The position numbers were made by a program, and so were the translations under genes. Source: Catajapyx aquilonaris (lineage: Eukaryota). Taken from it: DNA of 64,000 bases. The notes below the pieces were generated by a model. That model did no database searches. It was given only the letters and a program-made list of their open reading frames with translations, and had not been told where the DNA came from. This document shows, piece after piece, positions 62,201-64,000 of this stretch. The stretch is taken from positions 310,001 to 374,000 of the forward strand of contig KZ538224.1 of assembly GCA_000934665.2 (NCBI GenBank), written 5' to 3'. How positions within the stretch are numbered: the stretch's first letter is position 1; every line of letters begins with the position of its first letter.

Positions 62201-64000
62201 ATTTGAACTATTATTCACTATGGTTCGCAGTGAAACTCGACTCTTTTCATTTGAAAAAAAAAAAAATGAATTATTTTTCATCCGCGGGTGAAAAATAATT
62301 CCAATTTTTTTGAGAATCCGGATTCTGAAAATCCTGGCAGTGTGCTACCATGTGTGATGGCATGAGCGAGGCTTAATATTTTAAGTCGACCGGAGTGGCG
62401 ATTACCTGCGTCTGTGATTATGTGCGGCCCTCGTTTGGAAAAATCCTCCCCCCACACACAAAAAAAGCTATATTGAAGTATTATAATGAAAAACTCCCCA
62501 AGCCTATTATAGTGGGCCATGGCAACTGAAACTAGTTGCCATGTGCGACAAACAAATCGCGCGTTGGCCTCGAGAGAAATTTTTGTTTACGCTGTAAAAT
62601 AATAGTTTTGATAAACAGCTGGGGAAGGCGTAAAATATTTAGAGGACAGGAAACCGAGCCTATCTAAGTAAATCAACGCCCCACTTCCTCTCACTCTCTC
62701 TCACTGACTCAGGGCCATTCTTCATAAGTTTTTATAGCGCACGTGGTAAATATAGTTGGGACAAATTTTTGGGAGGTGAATGCTGCACAAGGCCTCATAA
62801 AATAAGAGCGACTTTCATTGCCCATGCATGGTACCGCTCTTGTTTTGTCCGCAATCTGCCTACTCAAACGTGTGTGGGGGGGATATAAATTCAGCAACTC
62901 CCGTGGAGCGATTTGCATGCGAAGGTGTGATAAAAGGAGTGGCCGGCAAAGAAAATGACGCATCGCCGGAATTAATCGGTGAAATTATGGCGACGCCTTT
63001 CGCACCAACTGATAATCTCAAGAGCCGTCGTCCTCCGTTACACCTGCTGTCAGTCCCGCAACAGTTAAGGAAAAACCCACCCTCTTTTCTTACATAAATT
63101 AAAACTGGGGGGCCCCAAAAAATTCAATTAACCCGAGCCGAGTGGGTGGGATAAGGTGCAATTTGCCCGTCATTTTTGGGGAGAAAAAGGTCGAGCTTGG
63201 ACTGGCACATGGACCACGCCCAGATGCTCTTATATTTTCAAGCTTCTGTATTTCGGAAGCATTGCCTGGCATGTCCTGAACAATTTTTTTCGTGACATGT
63301 CACGAATTGAGTTGAATCCTGAAATTCCGAAGCTGGCCCATTAATTTTGGTGGTCCTCCCCTCCAATCTTTTGTCTCTCCCCTTCTCTTTTGTTTCCTGC
63401 TGGCTTTCCCCCCCATCCTCTGCACCCAAATCAATGATCAGATTGCATGGGGCAGATGCTTCTGACAGGTGCATATGAAGTTGGGTTCACCAGCATGTCA
63501 ATGCAAAGTCAGTTTCAGATTTTGCGGGCCCCGGGGTGCTGTAATTAGCATCGCCCCGGGGCAGCCTCCATGTCAGGACCAAGTTGGGTTCATCTCTGCG
63601 TGAGTTTCGAACGAAAAAAAAATAGTGTGGCAGGGTCCGGACCTCTATTGTAAACAGTAGGGGGGAGAGTTTGAAGCGTCAAATGTGGAACTGCGATTTT
63701 CGCTACATGTTTAGGAAGGGGAGAGAAGCCTATGGGAAAAGCTGGCAGTCATAACAAACCCAAGGGTACCTTTGGATCCTGTTTCAAGCCTGGTTCTGAC
63801 TCTAGGGAGATGGTTGCCTGGTACAAGATATTTCCAGACATCCGGAAGTGCTTCCGGATCGATATGTGTGCGTGCCAACCATGGTTTGTATCTGAAGTGG
63901 AGGATACAAGGACACAGGTCAAGTTCAGCCCTGCTGACATGGCCGGATGATTGATTTGGCTTGGCCATCTGGGAGGGTTCCCCTTCAATTCGACTTAGAG

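Noticed and set aside
62518..62543. CATGGCAACT-GAAACT-AGTTGCCATG hairpin with RFX-like half sites
   Set aside because: The half sites are in the opposite arrangement to an X-box, and a single 10-bp stem is weak evidence in 64 kb.

Overview
This window is eukaryotic and almost certainly animal; an invertebrate, probably an arthropod, is my inference from the repeat types. It reads as non-coding DNA, either a large intron or a gene desert. The longest ORF is 239 aa and no ORF resembles a known protein. There are no operons, rRNAs, intact tRNAs or CRISPR arrays, and there are three N gaps. What can be supported is mostly small non-autonomous mobile elements: two complete ~300-bp Helitrons plus a partial copy, several TA-flanked CAGGGTG...CACCCTG (Tc1/mariner-type) MITEs, a 684-bp fold-back element, a tRNA-derived SINE, and a dispersed repeat family with variable-length hairpins and CTCF-like AGATGGCGC cores. 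There are also degenerate minisatellites, microsatellites and a frameshifted C2H2 zinc-finger remnant. The DNA between repeats is visibly rich in TAAT(T/G)A homeodomain-type motifs and G/C tracts, consistent with a regulatory landscape. I found no convincing new protein-based system. The most interesting signals are structural and transposon-related, and they are scored modestly.
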